DNA of 29,287 nucleotides from Gammaproteobacteria bacterium (GTDB taxonomy: Bacteria > Pseudomonadota > Gammaproteobacteria > SZUA-229). Location: assembly GCA_016764035.1 (NCBI GenBank), contig JAESSQ010000253.1, positions 1 through 29,287 on the forward strand, in the 5' to 3' direction. Numbering within the stretch: the stretch's first letter is position 1; each line of letters opens with the position of its first letter. The notes below the pieces were generated by a model. The model ran no database searches and had not been told where the DNA came from. It worked only from the letters and a program-made list of their open reading frames with translations. Below are positions 17,240-25,953 of the stretch, piece after piece. The position numbers were made by a program, and so were the translations under genes.

Positions 17240-19417
17240 ATGAAACAACAGATTAACCTTGCACACAATATCTTAGACAACAGCGATATAGGTATCGTTG
17301 TTATCAAGCATGGCCTGATTATAAATACCTGGAATCACTGGCTTGAAAATAGCTCTGGGATAAAAGCTAACGAGGCTCTAGGAAAAACTATTTTAAATGT
17401 TTTTTCAGAGTTAAATACGCACCCAATAGTTAGCTCTATTCAAGCCTGCCTTGAAAATGCGACAGCCTCAATGTTGATGAGTACCTCGAGCCCACATCCA
17501 CTACCACTGTACAAAAAAGAAAGTGGCAATGCCCGTACACAGCTAATGATGCAACAGATTGATATTAAACCCATCATTAGTGAAAGTGGTGAAACCATGG
17601 CAATGGTACAAATACGTGATATTACGGACGCCGTATTAAAAGAAAGAGCATTACAACACCACGTTGATGAAATTACTGAGCGTGAACTGCAAGTACGCAC
17701 CGTGCTTGAAAACACATTAGACGGCATCATTTCCATTAATGAAAATGGATTAATACTAGAATTTAATGCCGCCGCTGAGAACATATTTGGCTATCATCGC
17801 AATGAGATTCTTGGCCAAAGCATTAATCAATTAATTTTTACCGAATCGAGTAAAGAACAGTCTGAACACGACAGTAACCGCATAACAAATTGCCTGGCAC
17901 TAGCACAAAACGCGACCCAGGAAATACTGGCCATGCGTAAAAATGGCTCTAAATTCATGCTAGAAATTTCATTAAACAAAATGATACTCAATGATGAGAT
18001 TTTATATGTCGGCAGCATGCGTGATATTACTGAACGCACTCAGGCAGAACAATTGATACGCCACATGGCACAGCACGATGCATTAACAGACTTGCCAAAC
18101 CGTAGCCTGTTTCGAGAACGTCTAGAACAATCAATGGCGACCACTCAACGCCACCCTGGTGAAATGCTAGCAATAATGTTTCTCGATCTGGATCGATTTA
18201 AAACCATAAACGATACCCTTGGTCACCACACCGGCGACGCATTACTTATTGCCGTGACCGAAAGGCTCAAAAATGTCACTCGCAATGTTGATACTGTTGC
18301 ACGTTTAGGTGGTGATGAATTTGCCATTATCCAGACAGGTGTACATGACACTGACGGGGTCGTTAAATTAGCCCAAAAGATTATTGATAAAGTAGCCGAA
18401 GTCTATGAGTTTGATGGTAACGAAGTAAATACCAGTACCAGCATAGGGATAACCTTATACCCTGAAGATGAAAAAGATGCTGATCAGTTACTACAAAATG
18501 CAGACATGGCAATGTATAAAGCTAAACGAGCTGGACGTAATAATTTTCAATTTTACTGCAGTGAAATGCACGACGAAATTCAGCACAGCGTCAACATGGA
18601 AAAAGATATCCGACGTGCGTTGATCGCTGATGAGTTTGTTATGTATTTTCAACCGCAAATCAATTTAGCCAATGGTACCATCGTAAGCGTAGAGGCACTG
18701 GTTCGATGGCAACACCCTGAAAATGGCTTGGTGCCCCCCAATGAATTTATACCGATTGCTGAAGACAGTGGCCTGATATTACCATTGGGTAAACTGGTAC
18801 TGGAGAAATCATGTCAATGGGCTAAACAATGGCAAGATGCAGGAAACGCCCCTTTACGGGTCGCGGTTAATTTATCTGCTGTTCAGTTTAATGACCCTGA
18901 ACTGGTAGAAAGTATTACCTCAATACTGGAAAAAGTTGGTCTCGCCGCCGAATACCTGGAACTAGAAATCACTGAAAGTTTTTTAATGGAAAATGCCAGC
19001 AAAACGATCCGCACGTTGAATCAACTGCATGATCTGGGTTTAATGCTGGCGATTGACGATTTTGGTACCGGCTATTCTTCACTGTCTTACCTTAAACGTT
19101 TTCCCGTAAATAAAATTAAAATAGACCAGTCATTTGTGAATGACATCACTACGGATAAAGATGACGCCATCATTGTTCGCTCAGTCATCGGCCTCGGGCA
19201 CAACCTTGGTTTAAACGTCATTGCAGAAGGCGTGGAAACCGAAGAACAATTGCGATTTTTACAAATCAACGGCTGTGATGAAATACAAGGTTATTTTATA
19301 GGTAAGCCGATGCCCGCAGATGCGTTTGTAGAATTTATGAAAAAACCCATTGTACTGCCGTGTGAAGATCTAGACTTGGCCATTGAATCACTACAAATAC
19401 AACAGATTGCTAGTTAA
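17240..19417 (+). CDS. PAS-PAS-GGDEF-EAL c-di-GMP signalling protein
   Basis: Two PAS-like domains; HDALTDLPNR; DLDRFKTINDTLGH; I-site RNVD before ARLGGDEF; VEALVRW; DDFGTGYSSL; KIDQSF; AEGVE; QGY. Start ATG 17240 or TTG 17237. Confidence 0.95.
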   Translation: MKQQINLAHNILDNSDIGIVVIKHGLIINTWNHWLENSSGIKANEALGKTILNVFSELNTHPIVSSIQACLENATASMLMSTSSPHPLPLYKKESGNARTQLMMQQIDIKPIISESGETMAMVQIRDITDAVLKERALQHHVDEITERELQVRTVLENTLDGIISINENGLILEFNAAAENIFGYHRNEILGQSINQLIFTESSKEQSEHDSNRITNCLALAQNATQEILAMRKNGSKFMLEISLNKMILNDEILYVGSMRDITERTQAEQLIRHMAQHDALTDLPNRSLFRERLEQSMATTQRHPGEMLAIMFLDLDRFKTINDTLGHHTGDALLIAVTERLKNVTRNVDTVARLGGDEFAIIQTGVHDTDGVVKLAQKIIDKVAEVYEFDGNEVNTSTSIGITLYPEDEKDADQLLQNADMAMYKAKRAGRNNFQFYCSEMHDEIQHSVNMEKDIRRALIADEFVMYFQPQINLANGTIVSVEALVRWQHPENGLVPPNEFIPIAEDSGLILPLGKLVLEKSCQWAKQWQDAGNAPLRVAVNLSAVQFNDPELVESITSILEKVGLAAEYLELEITESFLMENASKTIRTLNQLHDLGLMLAIDDFGTGYSSLSYLKRFPVNKIKIDQSFVNDITTDKDDAIIVRSVIGLGHNLGLNVIAEGVETEEQLRFLQINGCDEIQGYFIGKPMPADAFVEFMKKPIVLPCEDLDLAIESLQIQQIAS

Positions 19418-19424
19418 ATATAAT

Positions 19425-19442
19425 CTGGCGTTTTTACGTCAG
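19425..19442 (+). terminator. Possible weak terminator hairpin after the GGDEF-EAL gene
   Basis: CTGGCGT-TTTT-ACGTCAG gives a 7-bp stem with one G-U pair, 8 nt after the stop; poor U-tract. Confidence 0.25.
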
Positions 19443-19718
19443 GCTTAACAAATGTATAAGCATGGTCTGTTGCGCCAGCCACACGCCAAGATCTATCTTA
19501 AAAACACGCAAACCATTTCTCAGCCTGACAGATACAAAACTTATTACCTTGCGCAATAGTTACATGTAAAAAATACGTAACATTTATTTTAATCAATAAA
19601 AGATGACCTGTTCACCTCCTGTTTATACTATACTTCAAGCTTAATAGCAGGTGAAGAAAGCGCACGCTGCTAGTGATGCTTGACTCTTATAAATATAATT
19701 ACAACTTCATGTTGCCGT

Positions 19719-21881
19719 ATGAGCAAAAAATATATTCTTTTATCCGTTTCAGCACTGCTGCTTATCTCGTCGATAGTACTAAGCCAGACCACTTCAAATA
19801 ATTCTTCTGCCGCAGATAATTTTTCAAACAACCAACACTCAACACCTCATCGTTTTGATGTCGCAATAAAACAGTCAAAAACAAATGAGGCAGTATCGCT
19901 AACAAAACTTACCTCAGAAACACATCATGATGCGTATACACAAACGCATAATCATAGGCCAGACCCCCTTGAAGACCTTGAAACCAGCATAGATACTACT
20001 GCTACTAAAATACCCTTTTATTCTGACGAAAAGCTGGCGCAACTACGACAATTATTTTTGCACGCAGAAAATGCCATAAAAACAAAAAATGATACACAGT
20101 ATTTTCTGCTAATCGATCAACTAAAAGAATACTCACTGTACCCTTACATTCAGTACCAATGGCTAAAGAAACACCTTAGCCATAAACAAAAGATAAAGCA
20201 CTTCCTTCAATCAAACCCCCATTCAAGGTATGCCAAAAAACTAAAACGCCAATGGCTATATTACTTAGCAAAACGTAAACAATGGCCAATTTTTCTCGAG
20301 TTTTACTACACGACCAACGAAACAACATTGAATTGTTATTACCACCGTGCACAATTCTATACAGGTAATAAACAGGCAGCACTAATTGGCGCAAAAAAAT
20401 TATGGGTTGTTGGCAAATCGCAACCACGTCAATGCGACCCACTGTTTGTACAATTACAAAAATCAAACTTATTCACTCAAGATCTACGATGGCAACGATT
20501 TGAAGCTGCCTTACATAACAATAAAGTCGGTCTCGCTAAATATATAAAAAACCTTATGCCTGGCAAGCACCACGCCACAGCACAGCTCTGGATAAACCTG
20601 CACCGTGACCCAGCACGCTATATGCGCGTTTTTTTAAAGCGTAATGACAAGGCTCAATCAGCCATGATGTTCAGTCACGCTATTAATCGACTGGCAAGTA
20701 AAGATATTACCAGAGCCATTCAAATATGGGATACAAATAAAAAGCGTTTTACTATTAATAAAAATCAGGCCAGAAAGCTGGAAAAACGCTTAGCACTTAA
20801 ACTTGTGTTTAAGCGTGAGTCCGGCGCCTATGATCGCCTCAGCCAATTAGAAGAGCCCGATAGCAGTAGTAGAACATGGCGGATACGAACCGCATTGCTA
20901 GAACAAAACTGGCCTAATGTGTTAACCGCAATACATGCTTTGAGTGATACTGAAAAAGCACAAGAGAAGTGGCAGTACTGGTTAGCTCGCGCATATATGG
21001 AAACCGATGAAATCGCGATGGCTCAAGCACTGCTAACTGACCTTTCCAACAAACGAAGTTTTTACGGTTTTCTTGCGGCAGACAAAGTAAACAGCCTGTA
21101 TAAATTATCCAATAACCCCATCATCGTCTCGCCAGAAGAGATCACAAATCTAAAACACCGCAAGGAATTTCATGTTGCATTTGAATTAATGGTTCTCGAT
21201 AAAAAAAATGAGGCCAAACTGCAATGGTGGCATGCGCTCAAGCAATTAAACAAAAATGAAATTATTATCGCAGCAAAGTTAGCGCAACAATGGCAATGGG
21301 ATGAGATCGCCATTTTCACTATTGCCAAAGCCAAACACTGGGACGATATAGCCATGCGTTTCCCTCAAAGCTATGCCGACAAAGTACATAAAAATTCAGC
21401 CAAACAAAAACTTAACCCAGCTATTGTATTTGGTTTAATACGGCGGGAGAGTGCCTTTAATGAAAAAGCACATTCACCCGTGGGTGCTCGTGGCCTTATG
21501 CAGATAATGCCTCGTACAGGCCGCCAGATTGCCAGACATTTTAACGAACGCTGGCGTGGTGCGAATAGTCTATATAACCCTGCCACCAACGTAAAATACG
21601 GTTCATACTATTATCAGAAATTACTCAACCAGTTTGATGGGCACTATGCACTTGCGCTGGCCGCTTATAATGCAGGGCCTGAACGTGTTAAAAAGTGGTT
21701 ACCGGAAACAAAACCCCTACCAGCAGATATCTGGATCGAAACCATCCCCTTTCATGAAACCAGAGAATATGTCGCCACCGTGCTAGCCTATACGCTAATT
21801 TATCAGCAGCAAGCCCAGTCAACAGAACTATCGATGAATGACTTCACCCGTGACGTACTACCCATAACAATAAAACCCTAG
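19719..21881 (+). CDS. slt: Soluble lytic murein transglycosylase, Slt70-like, with N-terminal extension
   Basis: Catalytic IRRESAF, GARGLMQIMP, AYNAGP and ETREYV; superhelical U/L-domain-like region. ATG 19719 plus signal peptide is preferred over TTG 19680. Confidence 0.93.
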   Translation: MSKKYILLSVSALLLISSIVLSQTTSNNSSAADNFSNNQHSTPHRFDVAIKQSKTNEAVSLTKLTSETHHDAYTQTHNHRPDPLEDLETSIDTTATKIPFYSDEKLAQLRQLFLHAENAIKTKNDTQYFLLIDQLKEYSLYPYIQYQWLKKHLSHKQKIKHFLQSNPHSRYAKKLKRQWLYYLAKRKQWPIFLEFYYTTNETTLNCYYHRAQFYTGNKQAALIGAKKLWVVGKSQPRQCDPLFVQLQKSNLFTQDLRWQRFEAALHNNKVGLAKYIKNLMPGKHHATAQLWINLHRDPARYMRVFLKRNDKAQSAMMFSHAINRLASKDITRAIQIWDTNKKRFTINKNQARKLEKRLALKLVFKRESGAYDRLSQLEEPDSSSRTWRIRTALLEQNWPNVLTAIHALSDTEKAQEKWQYWLARAYMETDEIAMAQALLTDLSNKRSFYGFLAADKVNSLYKLSNNPIIVSPEEITNLKHRKEFHVAFELMVLDKKNEAKLQWWHALKQLNKNEIIIAAKLAQQWQWDEIAIFTIAKAKHWDDIAMRFPQSYADKVHKNSAKQKLNPAIVFGLIRRESAFNEKAHSPVGARGLMQIMPRTGRQIARHFNERWRGANSLYNPATNVKYGSYYYQKLLNQFDGHYALALAAYNAGPERVKKWLPETKPLPADIWIETIPFHETREYVATVLAYTLIYQQQAQSTELSMNDFTRDVLPITIKP

Positions 21882-21974
21882 CCATATAAATATTGCACTT
21901 TAGCCGCACAACGGTATTACTCGTTTGCAGCATACTTTATTAGCCACATATCCAATCATCATCTCGCCAAGTAA

Positions 21975-22009
21975 TGTCATGCCCATGACACGCTGTCTAA
22001 AACATGACA
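21975..22009. promoter_or_regulatory. Two tandem TGTC-N8-GACA (TGT-N10-ACA) palindromes; candidate enhancer-binding-protein sites
   Basis: TGTCATGCCCATGACA (21975-21990) and TGTCTAAAACATGACA (21994-22009). Confidence 0.6.
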
Positions 22010-22184
22010 CAAATTTCTGTAAATCATTATAAATAAAAAATCTGAAAATTTCTGAAATAACTTCCCTCTAATAATATTAAAAATTCAAACAAATGCCTAT
22101 ATCAAAGGCTTTGAAGCTCGCTCACCCATAATTTTCACATCCTTTTTTAATACAAAAGACACAATAAAACTTGCTCTAATTTTT

Positions 22185-22201
22185 TGGCACGCATGTTGCA
22201 A
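22185..22201 (+). promoter_or_regulatory. Sigma-54 (-24/-12) promoter
   Basis: TGGCACG-CATG-TTGCAA matches the TGGCACG-N4-TTGCW consensus; GG at 22186-22187 and GC at 22198-22199 with exactly 10 nt between. Confidence 0.8.
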
Positions 22202-22245
22202 TATGCCTTTACAACGAGTTTCCATTAATCCGATGCGAGTAAATT

Positions 22246-22374
22246 ATGCACATTTTAAAATTTTTCATTGCAGTCACTTTACTGATTATGAGTAGCCAAT
22301 CTCACGCACTCTTTATGCCTAATGGAAGCCAGACAGATACTGTTACCACCACTAATAGTAGTGATGGTTGCTAA
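22246..22374 (+). CDS. 42-aa putative secreted peptide (21-aa signal + 21-aa mature peptide)
   Basis: MHILKFFIAVTLLIMSSQSHA-LFMPNGSQTDTVTTTNSSDGC*; n/h/c-region signal peptide; first ORF after the sigma-54 promoter; weak RBS. Confidence 0.6.
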   Translation: MHILKFFIAVTLLIMSSQSHALFMPNGSQTDTVTTTNSSDGC

Positions 22375-22421
22375 ACATTAAAACCCATATCTAACAACAT
22401 TAAACCAAGAGAGACATAAGG

Positions 22422-22532
22422 ATGAAAACTAAAAAAGAAACAGCACAGGAAACACTGATCGTAGAAATCGTATCATGGTCATTTATTGTCGCTCTTATTT
22501 ACGTAACAGCCAGAGCATTGTTCTTAGCGTAA
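22422..22532 (+). CDS. 36-aa single-pass small membrane protein
   Basis: MKTKKETAQETLIVEIVSWSFIVALIYVTARALFLA*; preceded by AGAGAGACATAAGG. Confidence 0.55.
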   Translation: MKTKKETAQETLIVEIVSWSFIVALIYVTARALFLA

Positions 22533-22608
22533 ACCTTGTCCAATCATATTATTTATGAAGCAATCTAGCCTGAAGACAATGAACAACTTTATTTAGAGAG
22601 ATACAATT

Positions 22609-22779
22609 ATGTGGAAAATTAAATACAAGCCAAACACTAACTCTCATGCATGGATAACATTAGACGCTTATGACAAAAAATCGCAGGCCTTAGCTCATGC
22701 AGACAAGGTTTCAGGCAAACACTTTAAGGTCTATGTCATTGACCCAGAGAACAATATGATCTGGAGTAACTACTGTTAA
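22609..22779 (+). CDS. 56-aa small soluble hypothetical protein
   Basis: MWKIKYKPNTNSHAWITLDAYDKKSQALAHADKVSGKHFKVYVIDPENNMIWSNYC*; preceded by AGAGAG; beta-alpha-beta-like residue pattern. Confidence 0.65.
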   Translation: MWKIKYKPNTNSHAWITLDAYDKKSQALAHADKVSGKHFKVYVIDPENNMIWSNYC

Positions 22780-22843
22780 GCAAAACATGAAGATACCATC
22801 CAGTTATTATTCATTGATTAAAACTCTCGTTTGTATATGAGAG

Positions 22844-24376
22844 TCATTGCCCGCATTGAACGGTTGTAGTCAATCGTAGGTACTGACGAATGCGACGAGA
22901 CAGGCTATCAATACCAATATTGATTATGGCGGTAATCGCAATTAGCAGTATTGCTCGATCGTATCTAATTTCTTCGAATGCGCTATCCACATAAAAACCC
23001 AATGTATATAGCCCTAACATACCGAGTATGGCTGTTTCTCGGAAGATAATCTCCCAGCGATAAAACAGAAAAGCAAGAAACTGTGGATATATTCTTGGCA
23101 CAATCTCCCAGGCAAAAAGATTCACGCCTTTTATAGAATTGTTTGGTAAAACAATCTCATTTGCATAACGGCCACAGAGATGACCAATGATGGCGCCATT
23201 GTGCAACATCAACGCTATCATCGCTGGTAGCATCGAAGGCCCCCATAACTGTAAAAAAATATACGCCAGTAGATACTCCGGCGTTGAACGCAATATAACC
23301 AGAAAGCCATGCCCTAAACCACGTCCGATTGTTCCCTGAAAATGCCGAGTTATTAATGGGAATAAGATTAACGCCAGCATGCCACTTAATACCAACGACA
23401 CCTGTGTTAATAATAATGTTTGCACGATACCATCAAATGCCTGCAACCAGAACAGTTCATAAAACCAATGAAAAAAGTTCTGTATCGTGGCAAATACAGT
23501 CGTCGTACCGTCGTCTAACGCTCGTAGTGGATAAGGCACGATATCTTCAGTAAAAAACCTTTTAACATTGGCCATATCAATATCTACTGCTGCCGGCAAC
23601 AACATATAAATAGATAATATTAGATACACCAATAATAATTGTGGCCGCAACCACCAACGCATCGTCGCTATTAGCAAATAAAAAGTTAACAATAAAGCCG
23701 CCGCCTGTGAATACAAACCTTGTTTAAAAAACACTTCAAGATAAAACCCAAGTGTTGGCAGGCCTATGAAACCTAATACGGCGCTGGTTCGTAAACCGCA
23801 TTCCAGACGATAACTGGTGTAGGTTTTTATGTGCTGCCATACCATGGGTAATCGCGTATAAAAGAAACTGACGACACGACGACTGCCACCTGGCAATGCG
23901 TTATATGGTGCTGTATCTGCCTCTTCAAATATTTCAGCATACACTTTTGCGCAAATCGCAGAAAATGGAATGGCGATAGCCAGTACACCCGTAAGTGGAT
24001 GCAGGCCGAAAAATTGTAAAAAAATTAATGCCCAGAACAATTCATGAACAGAACGCAATATGGCACATGTCATATGAACTAAACGATAGTCAAATACCAA
24101 AGACAGTAAAAAACCAAACACCGCACCTAACGATACACCCAGAAAAGCAAACGCGATTGTCTGCATTAAAGCATTAACAATTACTCGGAAATCACTAAAA
24201 TCAGGCGTTATCAAACCATGCGCTAAGCGTGACATCTCCTGCCACGGATAGAGTGTCGTTATCTCCACGTCGGAAAAAAAAGCGCATACAACAGCGACAA
24301 CGATAAATAACAGACTAATTTTTACGGTTCGAGATCGAGGATATAACGCTGTTAAAGAAACAATAGGTTCAGCCAT
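22844..24376 (-). CDS. PhnE/PtxC-like ABC permease with two fused membrane modules
   Basis: Two repeats (RSVHELFWALIF...LRTSAVLGFIG and RSTPEYLLAYIF...FRETAILGMLG); 510 aa; in an operon with the ATPase and SBP. Confidence 0.88.
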   Translation of the reverse strand: MAEPIVSLTALYPRSRTVKISLLFIVVAVVCAFFSDVEITTLYPWQEMSRLAHGLITPDFSDFRVIVNALMQTIAFAFLGVSLGAVFGFLLSLVFDYRLVHMTCAILRSVHELFWALIFLQFFGLHPLTGVLAIAIPFSAICAKVYAEIFEEADTAPYNALPGGSRRVVSFFYTRLPMVWQHIKTYTSYRLECGLRTSAVLGFIGLPTLGFYLEVFFKQGLYSQAAALLLTFYLLIATMRWWLRPQLLLVYLILSIYMLLPAAVDIDMANVKRFFTEDIVPYPLRALDDGTTTVFATIQNFFHWFYELFWLQAFDGIVQTLLLTQVSLVLSGMLALILFPLITRHFQGTIGRGLGHGFLVILRSTPEYLLAYIFLQLWGPSMLPAMIALMLHNGAIIGHLCGRYANEIVLPNNSIKGVNLFAWEIVPRIYPQFLAFLFYRWEIIFRETAILGMLGLYTLGFYVDSAFEEIRYDRAILLIAITAIINIGIDSLSRRIRQYLRLTTTVQCGQ

Positions 24377-24391
24377 GACTATTGCGCTGGC

Positions 24392-25087
24392 TCAGGATTC
24401 ATATAAAAACTGTAAGTCAGCTAGCGAAACGGATGTGGCCGGCTGGTCTATGACGATACTGCCATTTTTAATTCCGATAATTCGATTAGCAAAACATAGC
24501 GCCATTTCTACATCATGCATCGCTAGAATGACCGTATCATGCTGATCATGTAATATTTTCATTATATGTCTGGCTTGCGTGGTATCTAATGCTGAAATAG
24601 GCTCATCACCAAGTAACACCTGATTATTCTGATATAGAGCACGCGCAATAGCTACACGTTGTTTTTGCCCACCAGACAGCTCGCCAGTACGACTAAATAA
24701 TAAGTCATGTAAACCCAACGGTCGCACCAGTTGTTGGATATCATTCAACTTATCCTGCTGCGGCCAAAATAAATTTAACAAGTTATAAAACGTATTGTAC
24801 TGATTCAACCGACCCATAAAGACATTATGAAATACGTTTAGAGCTTCGACCAGGGCGACGTTTTGAGGCACCAAGGCACAATAAGAACGTTGTTGTTGAT
24901 ACAAGGCATGCAGCAGTGTCGACTTGCCTGCACCACTCTTGCCGAGTAATGCCACGTGTTCACCAGCACCTATAGACAGGTTGATATTTGTTAGTACATC
25001 TACATTTTTATAACATAGATTGGCAGATTTTAATTCAAACGAAAACGGCATAGTTTTTAACGAAAGCGTTTTTGATGTAATCGTCAA
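24392..25087 (-). CDS. PhnC-like ABC transporter ATPase
   Basis: Walker A GKSGAGKS, signature LSGGQ, Walker B LLGDE, H-loop AMHD; TTGA overlap with the SBP stop. Confidence 0.93.
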   Translation of the reverse strand: MTITSKTLSLKTMPFSFELKSANLCYKNVDVLTNINLSIGAGEHVALLGKSGAGKSTLLHALYQQQRSYCALVPQNVALVEALNVFHNVFMGRLNQYNTFYNLLNLFWPQQDKLNDIQQLVRPLGLHDLLFSRTGELSGGQKQRVAIARALYQNNQVLLGDEPISALDTTQARHIMKILHDQHDTVILAMHDVEMALCFANRIIGIKNGSIVIDQPATSVSLADLQFLYES

Positions 25088-25941
25088 TCAATAAGGCCTA
25101 TCTCTTTAGCAACATTTTTAATGGGTTCGTAATCACTGTTAGACGCTGTAATAAAACCACTACGCGGAAAGGCTGCTAATAAGTCAGGTGCATCCATCGC
25201 CAATAAAGCCTGTTGTATTTTACTAACAAACCCACTACCCCATGTTGCATCAACATCACCACGCACACTCCATTGGTAGTCAGGGTATTCAGGGGTTTTC
25301 CAGATTACAGAAACTTTATTGGTGTCTACCTTACCTAACTTAACGGCATTCTCCCACACCTCATAATTTACAGCACCAACTTCATAAGCACCTGACTCAA
25401 CCAGGGCAATGGTACGATTATGGTCGCCACTAAAACCTACTCGAGAGAAAATATTCTTAGGTGCTTCACCAAAATGATTGCGTACATAATACTCCGGCAT
25501 TAAACGTCCAGAGGTAGAACCTTTTGAGCCAAAGGTAAAGACTTTTCCCTTGATAGAATCGGGTAATTTATCCGATAAAGGTATGCCCGTTCTTTTATTA
25601 GCAATCAAATAAGTAACAAACTTTTTATCCTCAACACCCTGTGCAAGTGCTGTAGAACCTTTCACGCGATCTCGTGCCTTAATACCTGATAAGCCTCCAA
25701 ACCATGCCAACTGTACTTGATTATTACTGAATGCGGTTACTGCAGCGGCATAAGATTTAACAGGAACATACTTTACTGGAACACCAAGTTGCTCACTAAG
25801 ATAAGCTGCGACCTTATCAAAACGTTGTTGTAATTTCGTTTCGTCCTGATCGGGAATAGCGGTAAACACAAAGTCTTTAGCATAGCTATTTACCTGCACA
25901 GATAACATAAAACAAAATAATAATAATTTTAAAAAATACAT
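25084..25941 (-). CDS. PhnD-fold substrate-binding protein of the 'putative selenate ABC transporter' family
   Basis: Signal peptide; FTAIPDQD, AWFGGLSG, GSTSGRLMP and GFSGDH. The family name is recalled from TIGRFAM-type annotation and is consistent with the nearby selD. Confidence 0.8.
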   Translation of the reverse strand: MYFLKLLLFCFMLSVQVNSYAKDFVFTAIPDQDETKLQQRFDKVAAYLSEQLGVPVKYVPVKSYAAAVTAFSNNQVQLAWFGGLSGIKARDRVKGSTALAQGVEDKKFVTYLIANKRTGIPLSDKLPDSIKGKVFTFGSKGSTSGRLMPEYYVRNHFGEAPKNIFSRVGFSGDHNRTIALVESGAYEVGAVNYEVWENAVKLGKVDTNKVSVIWKTPEYPDYQWSVRGDVDATWGSGFVSKIQQALLAMDAPDLLAAFPRSGFITASNSDYEPIKNVAKEIGLID

Positions 25942-25953
25942 ATTTACCGTTCC

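Noticed and set aside
21975-22009. Calling the TGT-N10-ACA sites NifA targets or evidence of nitrogen fixation
   Set aside because: No nif genes are in the window and the pattern is not exclusive to NifA.
22203-22840. Other tiny ORFs in the sigma-54 region (MPLQRVS... from 22203, MKQSSLK... near 22555, MKIPSSY... 22787-22840)
   Set aside because: The first begins upstream of the predicted TSS and overlaps the signal-peptide ORF; the others are 13-17 aa without a clear RBS.
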